Assembly: GCA_963575745.1 (NCBI GenBank)
Contig: CAUYUJ010000249.1
Span: forward strand, 62,001-116,363
DNA: 54,363 nt
Origin: Prorocentrum cordatum
Lineage: Eukaryota
Reading direction: 5' to 3'
Every line of letters starts with the position of its first letter. Position 1 is the stretch's first letter. A model generated the notes under the pieces. That model did no database searches. It was not told the origin of the DNA and saw only the letters and a program-made list of their open reading frames with translations. Shown here piece after piece: positions 28,351 through 38,253 of the stretch. The position numbers were made by a program, and so were the translations under genes.

Positions 28351-29162
28351 TCCTTGTGCTTTACCCTTGGCTTGGGCTCCGTTGGCGGTCTCGCATCGGC
28401 GCAGCAAGGCGCGGGCATGTGCTTTCGAGGCGAGATATGTTGAAATTCCTGGGAGGAGGTGGTGTTTGCAAGAATTCATTGGGCGGGATATTTGGGAATG
28501 GGAATAACGGGCCCCGCAATAGAGCAGTAATCCCCCATGACGGGGATGGTTATCATGATGATCGCATGTTGCGTGTGGAAGCATCGCGCATGAGGGTTAA
28601 ATGATTGTTGTTTTTGTTGTTGTACTTGTTGCAAGTGTAATTCGGGGTCCAAGAACCCAGATTGGTGACACCAAGCTCCCCCCGATAAGTCAAATAAAGC
28701 CGGGTGCGGGCCCCAGGAGGAGCACCTTAGCTGAGAAAAGGATAGTCACCGGAGGGGGGGGGCAGCCAGTTTTTTAATGAGAATTTTGAATTGCACAACC
28801 ATAACATCAGCAACAACAACATCAATCATTCTAAGTCAGTTCGTTCTTAATTGCCCGTGTGACATTCAAAACGACTTCCCACATCCTCGATACCCGCCCT
28901 TTTTATTTTCGGTCACACCCCCTTTGGGGGGGATTCTTTCTCTTCGCTCTTTGCGGGGGGCGGCGGGCTCAGACTGGCGGGCAAACCTGAACGGGCGGAC
29001 AATCTTTCGTGGGCGTACATGTGCCCGCCATTGGAATTGGTGTGGGCCCTCCAAAAAGAGGAGGGGAAGAACGAGGGAGAGTGGGAGGAAGGGAGGGGGA
29101 GGGACGAAGGAAGAGGGAAAACGCCAGGAGAGAAGGAGCGAAGAGGGGGCGGTTGATTAGAG

Positions 29163-29206
<44 letters not shown>

Positions 29207-31294
29207 AGATGGGGGGAAGAGGCAGGAGAGGGGAGGGACAAGAGAGGAGGGAGAGGAGGGAGAGACGAGGGAATAGGGCAGACAGGCATAAGGATGAAGG
29301 AAGAGAGGAGGGAGAGAGAAGGGAGGAGAGGGAGGAGGGAGGAGGGAGAGGGAGGAGGAACAGGAAGGTAAGAGCGTGAACGTTCGAGGGAGTCCTAGGC
29401 GAAAGCGCCGTTCTTGACGGAAGTCTCGGGCGGAAACCCACGACAGGCGGGCGATCCCCTGACGGGCGGGTCGGGCGGGTGGGACATCCAAGCGGGATGC
29501 TTGAGTATGGCGAGAGCGCGATTCCTAAGTAAATTGTGACGGCGTCTTTGGCGCAGCGTGTTTCCTGAGCGTCGAAAAGCCGGATTTCTGAATAAATTGC
29601 ATGGGAGTCACAAGCGAGAGCACAACTCCTGCATTAAATGGGTTTTCTGGCGGGAACGGGGGTTTTGATTAAAATGCGAGGAAGTCTTGATTCAATTGCG
29701 GCGAAGTCTCAAGCGGGAGCGCCGTCCCTGAGTAAATTGTGAGGAAATCTGAGATGGGAGCGGGGGTCCTGACTAAATTGCGAAGGGGTCGCAGGCGGGA
29801 GCACCGATCCTGAGTAAATTGTGAGGAGGTCTCATTCGGGAGCGGGGGTCCTGCGCAAATTTGGAAGAAGTCTTCGGCGGGAGCCGCTGTTGTTGCAATC
29901 CAGGGGGCCAAGGGCACAGTGTGAACACGAAGATTTCCTTGTCAGAAAAACAGGGTGCGAGCGTCGAGGGGCACATTCTGATTTCGAAAAAAACAGCATG
30001 CACTGGCGAGGGGGGATCAACAAGAGCTACTCTTCAGAAGCGAGAGTTCAACAGCAGCAACAACAACAAAAACAAAAGCGACACCGAAGCGCCGCGGGGC
30101 AGTGGATGACCGCTCGGCCCCCTCATTCGGATCACTCCTTGTGAGGGGGATCTGGATCTCGGGCCGTTCCTCGGGCCTCGGTTGGCGAGTTTGCCCGTGG
30201 CCGAATCTCCGCCGTGGCCGGACAAATGCTTTCCCATGGTGCCACGATGGCTGCACTCGGATGGGCTTGCCGTGTGGCTGCGGGTGCCCTCCCTTCACCC
30301 CCTCCTCCCTGGCGGTCGCCTTCGCCTGCCTTCCCCGCCTCCTGCCGCCGGTTAGTTTGCACCAGCAGATCTGGGAGACCGGGTGGCTTGGCAGTCCGCT
30401 GTCTGTTGCCACTGCATGTAGGGTTGCGTCCACGCGCCTCGGCGTCGGATTTTTGCGTTGCGTTGCGCTGCCGCCGACTAGTTTGCGCGTCCCGATGCCC
30501 GGACCGCCCGGGCGAGCGTGCGGATTGCCTCCTCTGCCGCGCTGCGACGACGAAATGGGCGTGTCGGGTGTCACTGCTGGCGTTCCGTGTCGTGCCAGGG
30601 TTTCGTCCGGTGGGCGCCCCTGGGCGCTGCATCGGTGCTTCCTGCGATGGGTGGGCGTGTCGGGGATCCGCCAGGTGGGAGCCCGTGAACGCTTCGTGGG
30701 CGCTTGATGAGGGTCGGTGGATCAGGGTCTCCCCCGGCGGTCGCCCGCGGGCGCTTCGTGGGCGCCTCGTGCACTGGGTTGTTGTCCCGGGGGGTCGCGC
30801 CGAAGGCGCGTCTGGGCGCCGCGTACCGTAAATGTTGCAATGCGTAAATTGCATCACAGATCTTGCAACACGGAACTGTTCCTATAGATTGTTTCTCCCA
30901 GAAAGAATTCGGATGTACTCCCCCCCCATTGGGCCTAACGGGCCATTTTTCTCGTTTTGCAGTTTGCATGCGATTTCGCCCCGTCGCTCATCCGAGATAT
31001 GAACTTTGTGCATCACAGGCAGGCCTGCGTCGGTCCCTCTCGTCACCCTTTGCCCAAGCAAGTATGCGCGCACACGCGTCGATCACAAATCACAAGGTTT
31101 CAAAACTCACTTGCACAAAATAGGACTAAGTGCGCGCGCGCCCGTCGTCGCGCGCGCATGCCGAAACCCTTGAGAAACATCCGGTGTTGTGAAACATTCA
31201 AATTTGCAAGTCACGAACGCATGAAAAAATGGTTTCGCAACCCGGTGACTTGTTTTATATGTGTATATACACACATATATATATATATATATAT

Positions 31295-31329
31295 GCTCGC
31301 CCCCCCCCCCCAGCGCACCCCAACGACCA
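31295..31329 (+). repeat. Left terminal inverted repeat
   Basis: gctcgcccccccccccc-agcgcaccccaacgacca immediately after the (TA)n tract; inverted match to 38207-38255. Confidence 0.75.
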
Positions 31330-31596
31330 TTTTTCTCTTCCTCCTCCTGGCTCCCTCACGCTCCTCCCCTCATCAGGCTCAGCATGTTCGATGGCGATTG
31401 TTCGAGAAGGCACCTGAGGCCTCTTGGATGTTCGTTGGGATATGGTGGGAGGCATCTCGGGGATCTGTTGAAAGCAGTTTTGAAGCCTCTTACGGGCAGT
31501 CTGGGGGCCTCTGGGGGCCTCTTGGGCGCCTCTTGGGCGCCTCTTGAGCTTCTTGGAGGCCTCTTGGATCCTCCTGGAGTTGATGATGTCGAGTGC

Positions 31597-31658
<62 letters not shown>

Positions 31659-31920
31659 CGATGATGGGGCTGAGGACGACGACGATGATGATGATGATGA
31701 TGATGATGATAATGGGGATGGTTCTGATGACGATTGCGATTAAGATGATGGCGATGGCAACGATGACGATTGCAATGATGATGATTTTGATGATGACGAA
31801 CACCATATTTCATCAGCGTCCTCACGCTCACTTTCATCATGTAGTTAACGTTTTGTGCTCAAGCCGTTGCCAAGCATACGCTAACGTATTTGTCTTTTTT
31901 TGTTGATGCTGTTTTGGAAC

Positions 31921-32606
31921 ATGCCATCCTTGTGCATCAATCTGGATTGCAAGTTCGGCGCGATCAACAAACAGGGCGAAAAATCCAGAGGAAACGCACA
32001 GCCAAATGAAAAGTGTTGCAATTGCGCCTGCGCGGACGCCGGCGTCCTTACAGGCCCTCAGAGAGGCGCCGTGGTGAAGAAGATCATGGGCCTGTCCGGC
32101 CGCGACGACGACGTCGAGCACGCCTTGTCCATTGTTACGGAGCCTGTGCGGCACGCATATCAGGTTCCTATGTCAAATTATTTAATTATTTTTAAACAAC
32201 ACAAAAAACAACACACACACGCACACACACACACACACAACAGGCCCTCATCCAGAAGAACAAGGAGTACCAGCAGCCAAAGCAGGAGGACGCGCCAGAG
32301 CTGAAGGAGGAGGAGGAGGAGGCGAAGGAGAAGCCAGGGGAGGAGCCTGGAGAGACGCAGCAGAAAACGACAGAACCGCAGCGAAGGCTCCTCGCGGACG
32401 TGTTGGACCAGGGCGGCTTCGGGCTTTGCTCGGAGTACGCCCTGGCCACAACTTCCGCTCGGAGTACGCCCTGGCCACAACGGCGAATGTTTGCCTGCTT
32501 CTGGTGCGCGCTGTATATAGTTTACAGATATATTTTCGCAGGGCCTATCAGAATGCTTGTTACTCCACATCGAAATCGCTGCTTGGCCAAAAGCTCGGTT
32601 CATTAG
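31921..32606 (+). CDS. Small spliced Cys-rich/acidic hypothetical protein (~201 aa; exons 31921-32163 and 32244-32606)
   Basis: Exon 1 reads MPSLCINLDCKF...EKCCNCACAD...VRHAYQ. A phase-0 80-nt AT/CA-rich GT-AG intron (CAG|GT..AACAG|G, 32164-32243) joins it in frame to ALIQKNKEYQQPKQEDAPELKEEEEEAKEK. The true C-terminus is uncertain. Confidence 0.55.
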
Positions 32607-32963
32607 AAACACGCAGACGGACATTGTCTTGCGCCCCTGCCTGTTGCAAACAAAAACGACGATTCGTTTCGAGCGCGCCCCTCGTGCATCAGCGGCGCGC
32701 TGCCGCGCGCGCTATTCGGTTGCATCCCAGGTTCGGACGTGCGCCGCGTGGCTGACATCGCCTGACGCCCTTGCGCGAACACATGTCGAGGGTGTGGATT
32801 GGTCAGCAACTTAGAGTTTCATGGAACGCCGCGCCCAGGCCGCCCTCGGACTACCGCCTCACCGCCAAGTCGTCTTCGATGCGGATGGCGACCAGCCGAG
32901 CCATCGCATAAGCGTTGCCTCCCCGTTGGCACCCCTCCACCTCGCATTCGTCTTCGTTGAATT

Positions 32964-32983
32964 CGCAGCAGTTTTGGTTCGAG
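32964..32983 (+). promoter_or_regulatory. Degenerate DinoSL-like motif upstream of the transposase
   Basis: CGCAGCAGTTTTGGTTCGAG versus CGTAGCCATTTTGGCTCAAG, 15/20 ungapped, ~84 nt before ATG 33067. Confidence 0.45.
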
Positions 32984-33066
32984 CGTTCACTTCCGTCGTC
33001 GGGGCGCTGGCCCAGAGCCCGCAGCGTTGCCCTCGCGGCCTTGCCGCTCGGCCGCCGTCAGCTGCC

Positions 33067-34542
33067 ATGGGCAAGGGCCAGAAGTACTTCCCGCCCGCGA
33101 AGAGAGGCAAGTTGCGCGCCTTCTTGAAGGGCACTGGCAAGAAGAAGGCTGTCATGAAGAGCGCCGCAGCGATGAAGATGAAGAGGGGAGATGCCCCCAA
33201 GACTCGCGCCCCGCAGAGCGCGCCATACGTGCGCCACGGAGCCTCGACGACAAAGTCGCGGCGAGACCGCGAACAGTGGGCACGCTGCCTGAAGGACATC
33301 GTGAACCGCCCCCTGAGGACTATCATCAACTTGCTCAAGAAGGATGGCGTCCTGCCCGAATGGCACGGCGTGGCTTGTCCGTGCTGCCAGAGGTCAACGC
33401 TCGGCCCTCTCAAGGACTTCGGGGCGAAGGGGGGCGGGTGGGCGCGCGTGTGCAAGGGCAGAGACTGCAAGCGCCGCGTACTGCCCCATGCCTTCCACCC
33501 TATCTTTCGCGTCGGTACTGGGAAGTCCCATGCTGGGCTTGGTGGCCAGGCTGCGATCTTGTTCTGCGCTGTATCTGGGTGCACGCAGACGACGGTTCGC
33601 TACCTGCTGAAAAAGAACCACAAGTTGGCGGAATCCATATACAAGTCTCTGTACGATGCCAGAGCCAAGTACGCGCGGCAGGAAGAGAAGAAGATCCGCT
33701 TCGGCGAGGATGTCGAGTGGCCCGGCGTCGAGGCGGACGAGGTCGACGTTGCCAGGGGCGAGGGCCCAGACGCCACCTCGCGCACCAAGAAGCCAGTGGC
33801 GTGGGAGCAGTGGGGCGGGATTGTCCAGCGCGGAGACCCTAAGTCGCTCGTCCTCTTCAGGCTTCGCCCAGGGAAAACAGTGCGGAGGGCGCCAGGCCCA
33901 GGCCCGATCCGCAAGCGCGACTGGGCCCCGCTGGCCAAGAAGTGGCTCAAGCAGCGCAAAGTCATACTCCACGCAGACGGCGCCCGCTCCTACAAGCTGC
34001 GCGTTGACGGCGTGGTCCACGACTGGGTCGTCCACATGAAGAAGCGCGTGAAGGCCGCTGGTGTTTGTGTTTGGGTGGGTGGGTGGAGGAGGGGAAGGTG
34101 GCCGTCCCTCGCCGACGCCGATTGCGGCGGTGCCCTTTTCTGCCGCAGAGTCAATTGGCTCGACCACTTGACCAGAGGTACGATGTGGGCATTGTCAGAG
34201 TCGGCGCAGGCAAAGGACAGTCGGCCCCTTTGCCGCCCCTCGCAGGTGAACGGCAAGTACGCGTGGGCCAAGCCAGCCTTCACGAAGGTCAGGTATCACG
34301 ACATTGCAGACAATGGATGCTCCAACAAGAAGAAGCGCATCTGGGTGAAGTGCGGGGCCCAGATCATTGACCGCGTCTGGGGCGGGTTGAGGCGCCACCT
34401 TGGCCCCAACCGCAAGGTGAACTCCCGCGCGCTGGCAAACAAGGTGAGGTCCTTCCAGTGGTGCCACTGGAACAAGGGCGAGGAACTGTGGGCGCAGACG
34501 GGCAATATGCTTACCGCTCTGTTCCAGCAGCAGCACGAGTGA
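33067..34542 (+). CDS. IS1595/Merlin family (ISXO2-like) transposase, ~427 aa after splicing (exons 33067-34053 and 34246-34542)
   Basis: Basic N-terminus from MGKGQKY; zinc ribbon CPCC..CKGRDC; VEADE (D at 33736); WGGIVQRG; VILHADGARSY (D at 33976); HDWVVH; GAQIIDRVWGGLRR (D at 34369, where IS1595 has NxIE..W); terminal RSFQW. Codons are strongly GC-ending. The ORF track starts further upstream at 32821, but ATG 33067 is the likelier start. Confidence 0.85.
   Translation: MGKGQKYFPPAKRGKLRAFLKGTGKKKAVMKSAAAMKMKRGDAPKTRAPQSAPYVRHGASTTKSRRDREQWARCLKDIVNRPLRTIINLLKKDGVLPEWHGVACPCCQRSTLGPLKDFGAKGGGWARVCKGRDCKRRVLPHAFHPIFRVGTGKSHAGLGGQAAILFCAVSGCTQTTVRYLLKKNHKLAESIYKSLYDARAKYARQEEKKIRFGEDVEWPGVEADEVDVARGEGPDATSRTKKPVAWEQWGGIVQRGDPKSLVLFRLRPGKTVRRAPGPGPIRKRDWAPLAKKWLKQRKVILHADGARSYKLRVDGVVHDWVVHMKKRVKAAGVCVWVGGWRRGRWPSLADADCGGALFCRRVNWLDHLTRGTMWALSESAQAKDSRPLCRPSQVNGKYAWAKPAFTKVRYHDIADNGCSNKKKRIWVKCGAQIIDRVWGGLRRHLGPNRKVNSRALANKVRSFQWCHWNKGEELWAQTGNMLTALFQQQHE
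34054..34245 (+). other. Predicted 192-nt GC-AG intron in the transposase
   Basis: AAG|GCcgctgg...cccctcgcAG|GTG, phase 0. Removal gives HMKKRVK-VNGKYAW and eliminates a GT-rich, non-protein-like insert between the VVH motif and the third catalytic motif. Confidence 0.7.
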
Positions 34543-34915
34543 GCGAGCCCATCTGCCGCTGCAGAGGCACTGCATACCTCCGTCTCAAATGCCACCTACC
34601 CTGGCACCGCACTGCTTCCCGCGCGGCGAAATGTTGGGCCAGCGCAGCGAGAGTGCCCAAGCGATATGTGTGCGGACGTGCATATTGGTTCTGAGGTTCG
34701 AGAAAAACTACGTAGTCTGCCCGCATGGAAAGTCCGCCCGCAAGGGTATGATCAGGAGCAGCCGTCGCCGTCGTCGCGTCGTCGTCGTTGATTCAGCCCC
34801 CGCCCCCCTGCGGTTGCCCCCGCCCCCGCTGCGTCCTGCCGCCGCTATTGATCAGGCTTGCACAGGGTGTCCGAATACATTCGCACGCGCACAAGCCCCT
34901 GGTATATCTCTGCTC

Positions 34916-36832
34916 ATGACCAACCTCCCCGCCCTCGGAATGAAGTCCCTGAGGGCGCACTTGGAGGTCGAGGGGGCGGACAGCGAGAAGATCCAGCAGG
35001 TATTCGAAAAGGTCCGCGGCCACGGCTCGGCCGTCCCGATGTACCAGACGGCGTTGCACCCAGAGAAATTCCAGGACGATCCCCCAGTTCTCTACTCTGT
35101 AGGGGATCTCCCCCTCATGCCGTCTGAAGGTTGCAGGAAGATGAAGCATGCCTTTGCCGTTGTCTTGAACTACCAGGGGGACATCGACATGGCCGCGGTG
35201 CGGGGGGCCATGGCGGCCAACGACTACAATGGTCTGCCAGAGCTATTGCGCCCCAGAACAAACTGGGAAGCCCTTTACACGACGCAGTTGGCACTGGTGC
35301 CCGCTGGCGACGGCGACGGGACAGACATCATCAGGTACTTTCTGTTCTCGGGCCCGCAGCCGTTGGTCGACGTCGAGAACCGCCTCCCGCGCGAGAACGA
35401 AGTGTTGTACACGCTATCTTGGGGCAAGGGAGCGGACGTCAAGACGCCGTGGAAAGTCTTGGTCCACATGGTGGATCGGCTCGGTGGCGCGCACTTCCGT
35501 AACCACCTACCCCCGCAGGAGAAGGGCGAAAAGGAGAAGAAGAAGAAGTGCCTTCCCCAGGACACGATCGTATCCCAGTACCAGTTCATTAAGGACAACG
35601 CCCCGCGCGGCAACTTCGATTGCGAACAGATGATGTGGATCGACTTCCAGCTGAACGACCCGCAGAGCCCCATCCACAGCTGGAAAGAGGGGAAGATTAA
35701 GGAGGTTCTCTCGCACATTAAGGACCAGGGCATTCAGGCGAAAAAGATCACGTACCACCCCATCTTCATCTTCGACACAGGGGGCGAGGGCGTCGAGCGC
35801 GCGAAGCGCATCGTGCCTACTTTCAAGAGCCACTCCTGCCTCATGGTCGGCGAGCCTGGCGAGGGGAAGACGCCGTACCTGGAGACGCTGGCATTCGCCA
35901 TGGGCGACTACTACGCAGACAAGCTGGGGGGCCGCGGCTTGGCCTCGTTCAGAGAGGGGCCAGACCTGGATTTCTTCAGGGCCGAAGAGGGCACGAAGCA
36001 CTGCCCGTGCGTCTTTGATGGCGGCGACTTGTTCGAGCAGCGCCCGAAGACGTTGAAGGCTTTCTTGGACGTCGGCCAGTTCCAGGCGATGACGAGGGAG
36101 CGGTGGGGGGCTGCCAAGTTCGTTCGGGGCCAGGCGCGCTTCGCCGCGGAGAACATGTACGACGAGACGGCTGCCCCCACCATGGACGCGTGGCGCGGTC
36201 TGTGCATCTTGTCGCCAGCTGAGGCCAAGCAGAAGCGAAACCAGTACTTCTTCGACATGCTCAAGCGCACGTTCCCCAAGGACATGTCCAAAGCGAACGT
36301 AATGGCCCTCTTGAAGCGGTCCTCCGCGGTCGTGAACACCCCCAATGACGCGTTCGAGCGCTCGGCGGGTTTGGACTCGGACGTGACGAGGGCCCCGAAG
36401 GTTGGCCACTACATTACCAAGGCAGCGGGGAATATTCTCTACGACTACATCCACAACGGCGCGATGCGGGACGCCGAGGAATACAACTCGCTGAGGGACA
36501 AGCAGCTCCGCTTCATGAAGGCGCTGCTGGACAAGGGTTCCGTGCCCCTGCCTCTCTCGGTCAAGGAGGAGCAGCCGCCTGACGGCGCCGAGGGCGGCAG
36601 TAGTTCGTCGGCGGCCCGCGAGCCCCTCCCGCCCTTGCCCAAGCGCATCTGCTGGGCGAGGTCGTTCGGGAGCATCCCGGAGGTCGAGATCGACCTCTCG
36701 AGCTCGCCCGAAGAGGCCCGCGGCGCCGCCGCCGCGCCCAGTAGCCAGGACCTCGCCGCTGCGCTCGCCGATGCAGACAACGGCGATCCGCTCGGCCTGG
36801 GCGGCGGAATGAATGCCGATGCGTCGGAATGA
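34916..36832 (+). CDS. Superfamily-3 helicase / P-loop NTPase resembling the CRESS-DNA (geminivirus-type) Rep C-terminus, 638 aa
   Basis: Walker A SCLMVGEPGEGKT (GEPGEGKT at 35849-35872); Walker B CVFDGGD (D at 36017); B'-like KAFLDV..TRERWGAAKF; motif C-like ARFAAEN. The compact A-B-B'-C spacing is typical of SF3. Long uninterrupted frame with GC-ending codons; likely start MTNLPALG. Confidence 0.75.
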   Translation: MTNLPALGMKSLRAHLEVEGADSEKIQQVFEKVRGHGSAVPMYQTALHPEKFQDDPPVLYSVGDLPLMPSEGCRKMKHAFAVVLNYQGDIDMAAVRGAMAANDYNGLPELLRPRTNWEALYTTQLALVPAGDGDGTDIIRYFLFSGPQPLVDVENRLPRENEVLYTLSWGKGADVKTPWKVLVHMVDRLGGAHFRNHLPPQEKGEKEKKKKCLPQDTIVSQYQFIKDNAPRGNFDCEQMMWIDFQLNDPQSPIHSWKEGKIKEVLSHIKDQGIQAKKITYHPIFIFDTGGEGVERAKRIVPTFKSHSCLMVGEPGEGKTPYLETLAFAMGDYYADKLGGRGLASFREGPDLDFFRAEEGTKHCPCVFDGGDLFEQRPKTLKAFLDVGQFQAMTRERWGAAKFVRGQARFAAENMYDETAAPTMDAWRGLCILSPAEAKQKRNQYFFDMLKRTFPKDMSKANVMALLKRSSAVVNTPNDAFERSAGLDSDVTRAPKVGHYITKAAGNILYDYIHNGAMRDAEEYNSLRDKQLRFMKALLDKGSVPLPLSVKEEQPPDGAEGGSSSSAAREPLPPLPKRICWARSFGSIPEVEIDLSSSPEEARGAAAAPSSQDLAAALADADNGDPLGLGGGMNADASE

Positions 36833-37184
36833 GCGGGCGGCCGCTTCGGCGGGGGGCAGCCAGCGGCCAACGCTGCCCCTCGATATTATAAATGCTGATC
36901 GATTGTACACTGGCTGCCCCGACTATGCCAAAGACGAGGGAGTCACAGCAGCAACCACAAACGCTACCTTCCAGAAAACGTTGTCGCCACGTCGTCGCCA
37001 CCCTCATATTATTTGTGAACTTGTTCTTCCTTTCCTCACCGTTTGCTGCCCACGTCTCCCGATCGGCTGAGCAAGGTCTGCTGCCCAAAGCTAGACGCAG
37101 AGGGTCCATAAGGCGTTGGTAAGGACACCTTGTGAAAACACAAGTCCCGTCCATGCTGCGGCCGCTGTCGCGAGGAAGCCTTGT

Positions 37185-37201
37185 GACACACACACGCACA
37201 C

Positions 37202-37251
<50 letters not shown>

Positions 37252-37297
37252 GCACACACATACACACATACACACACACGCACGCACACACACACAC
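37185..37297. repeat. (CA)n microsatellite inside the transposon
   Basis: Direct reading. Confidence 0.95.
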
Positions 37298-37317
37298 GCG
37301 CCTGATAGTTTTAATCG

Positions 37318-38012
37318 TTTTCGTAAGGGAACTGTTATGAAAACGCAGGTATTCTTGATATGTTTGAAGTTTTTGTCAAGAAAACCATATAAAAAACACA
37401 GATATTCTTGATATTTTTGATGGTTTACATAAGGAAACCATGTGCAAACACAGATATTCCTGATATGTTTAATGGTTTTCGTTAGGAAACCCTGTGAAAA
37501 CACAGATATTCCTGATATTTTCTGGTTTTCTGGAGACGGGCGCCCCTCTTCCTCTTGCGCCACCAGCCTTTGCAGCGCGCCCGTATCAAGAAAACCGCAA
37601 AATATCATGAATATTTTTTTTTTTTGTCACAGGGATTCCTAACGAAAACCACCAACAATATCAGGAAGATCTATGTTTTCACATGGTTTCCTTATGAAAA
37701 CCATCAAACATATCAAGAATATCTGTGTTTTCACAAGGTTTCTGTGCGACAACCTTTCAAACTATTAGGAATACTTGTGTTTTCACAGGTGTTCCTGCCT
37801 GGCGCATTGTCCCTGAGGGGCGTGGACCTGGGGAGGGAGCAGGGGGAGGGGCGCCCTTTTCCAGAAAACCAGCAAATATCAGGAATATCTGTGCTTTCAC
37901 AGGGTTTCCTAACGAAAACCATCAAAAATATCAGGAATATTTGTGTTTTCAGATGGTTTCCTTGCCAAAGCATTCAAACATATCAGGAATATTTGTGTTT
38001 TCGTATGGTTTC
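37318..38012. repeat. Subterminal array of ~52-bp AT-rich repeats, direct then inverted
   Basis: The AAAACACAGATATTCCTGATAT core occurs at ~37340, 37393, 37445 and 37497. About 7 reverse-complement copies (ATATCAGGAATATCTGTGTTTTC) lie in 37598-38012. Confidence 0.85.
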
Positions 38013-38206
38013 CGCAGAGAGCAGCCCCTTTTGTAAGGCTTCTCATAAGGAGGAGGAGGAGGAGCAGCAGGAGGAGGATGAGAGGAGGAGGAGAAAGAAA
38101 AGAGAGGAAACAGAGGAAGAAGCAGAGAAGCAGGAGGAGGGAAAGGAGGAAGAGGAGGAGGAGGAGGAGGAGCATCAGCAGGAGCAAACGATCAATGATG
38201 GATTTG

Positions 38207-38253
38207 TGGTCGTGGGTGGTTTGGGGTGCGCTGGGGGGTGGGGGTGGGGGCGA

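Larger units (their letters stand above)
25231..30060. mobile_element. ~4.8 kb non-coding insertion with nested inverted repeats (foldback-like)
   Basis: The host repeat that is intact at 20040-20310 breaks at ~25230 and resumes at ~30060. Inverted pairs are ~25700-25890/29888-30070 and ~27280-27430/28795-28950. Confidence 0.55.

Noticed and set aside
32821..33066. N-terminal extension of the transposase ORF (likewise 34589-34915 for the helicase)
   Set aside because: UTR-like composition; the SL-like motif lies within the transposase extension; coding-like bias starts at the downstream ATGs.
35507..36910. 467-aa minus-strand ORF and other antisense ORFs over the transposase and helicase
   Set aside because: Shadow ORFs caused by GC-ending codon bias on the plus strand; no motifs.
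36833..37320. CRESS-type nonanucleotide origin (NANTATTAC stem-loop) near the helicase
   Set aside because: None found by eye; GATATTATA at ~36882 lacks the consensus and a stem.
37318..38012. Possible CRISPR array beside the element genes
   Set aside because: The inter-core segments are homologous to each other and the orientation flips mid-array, so these are not unique spacers.
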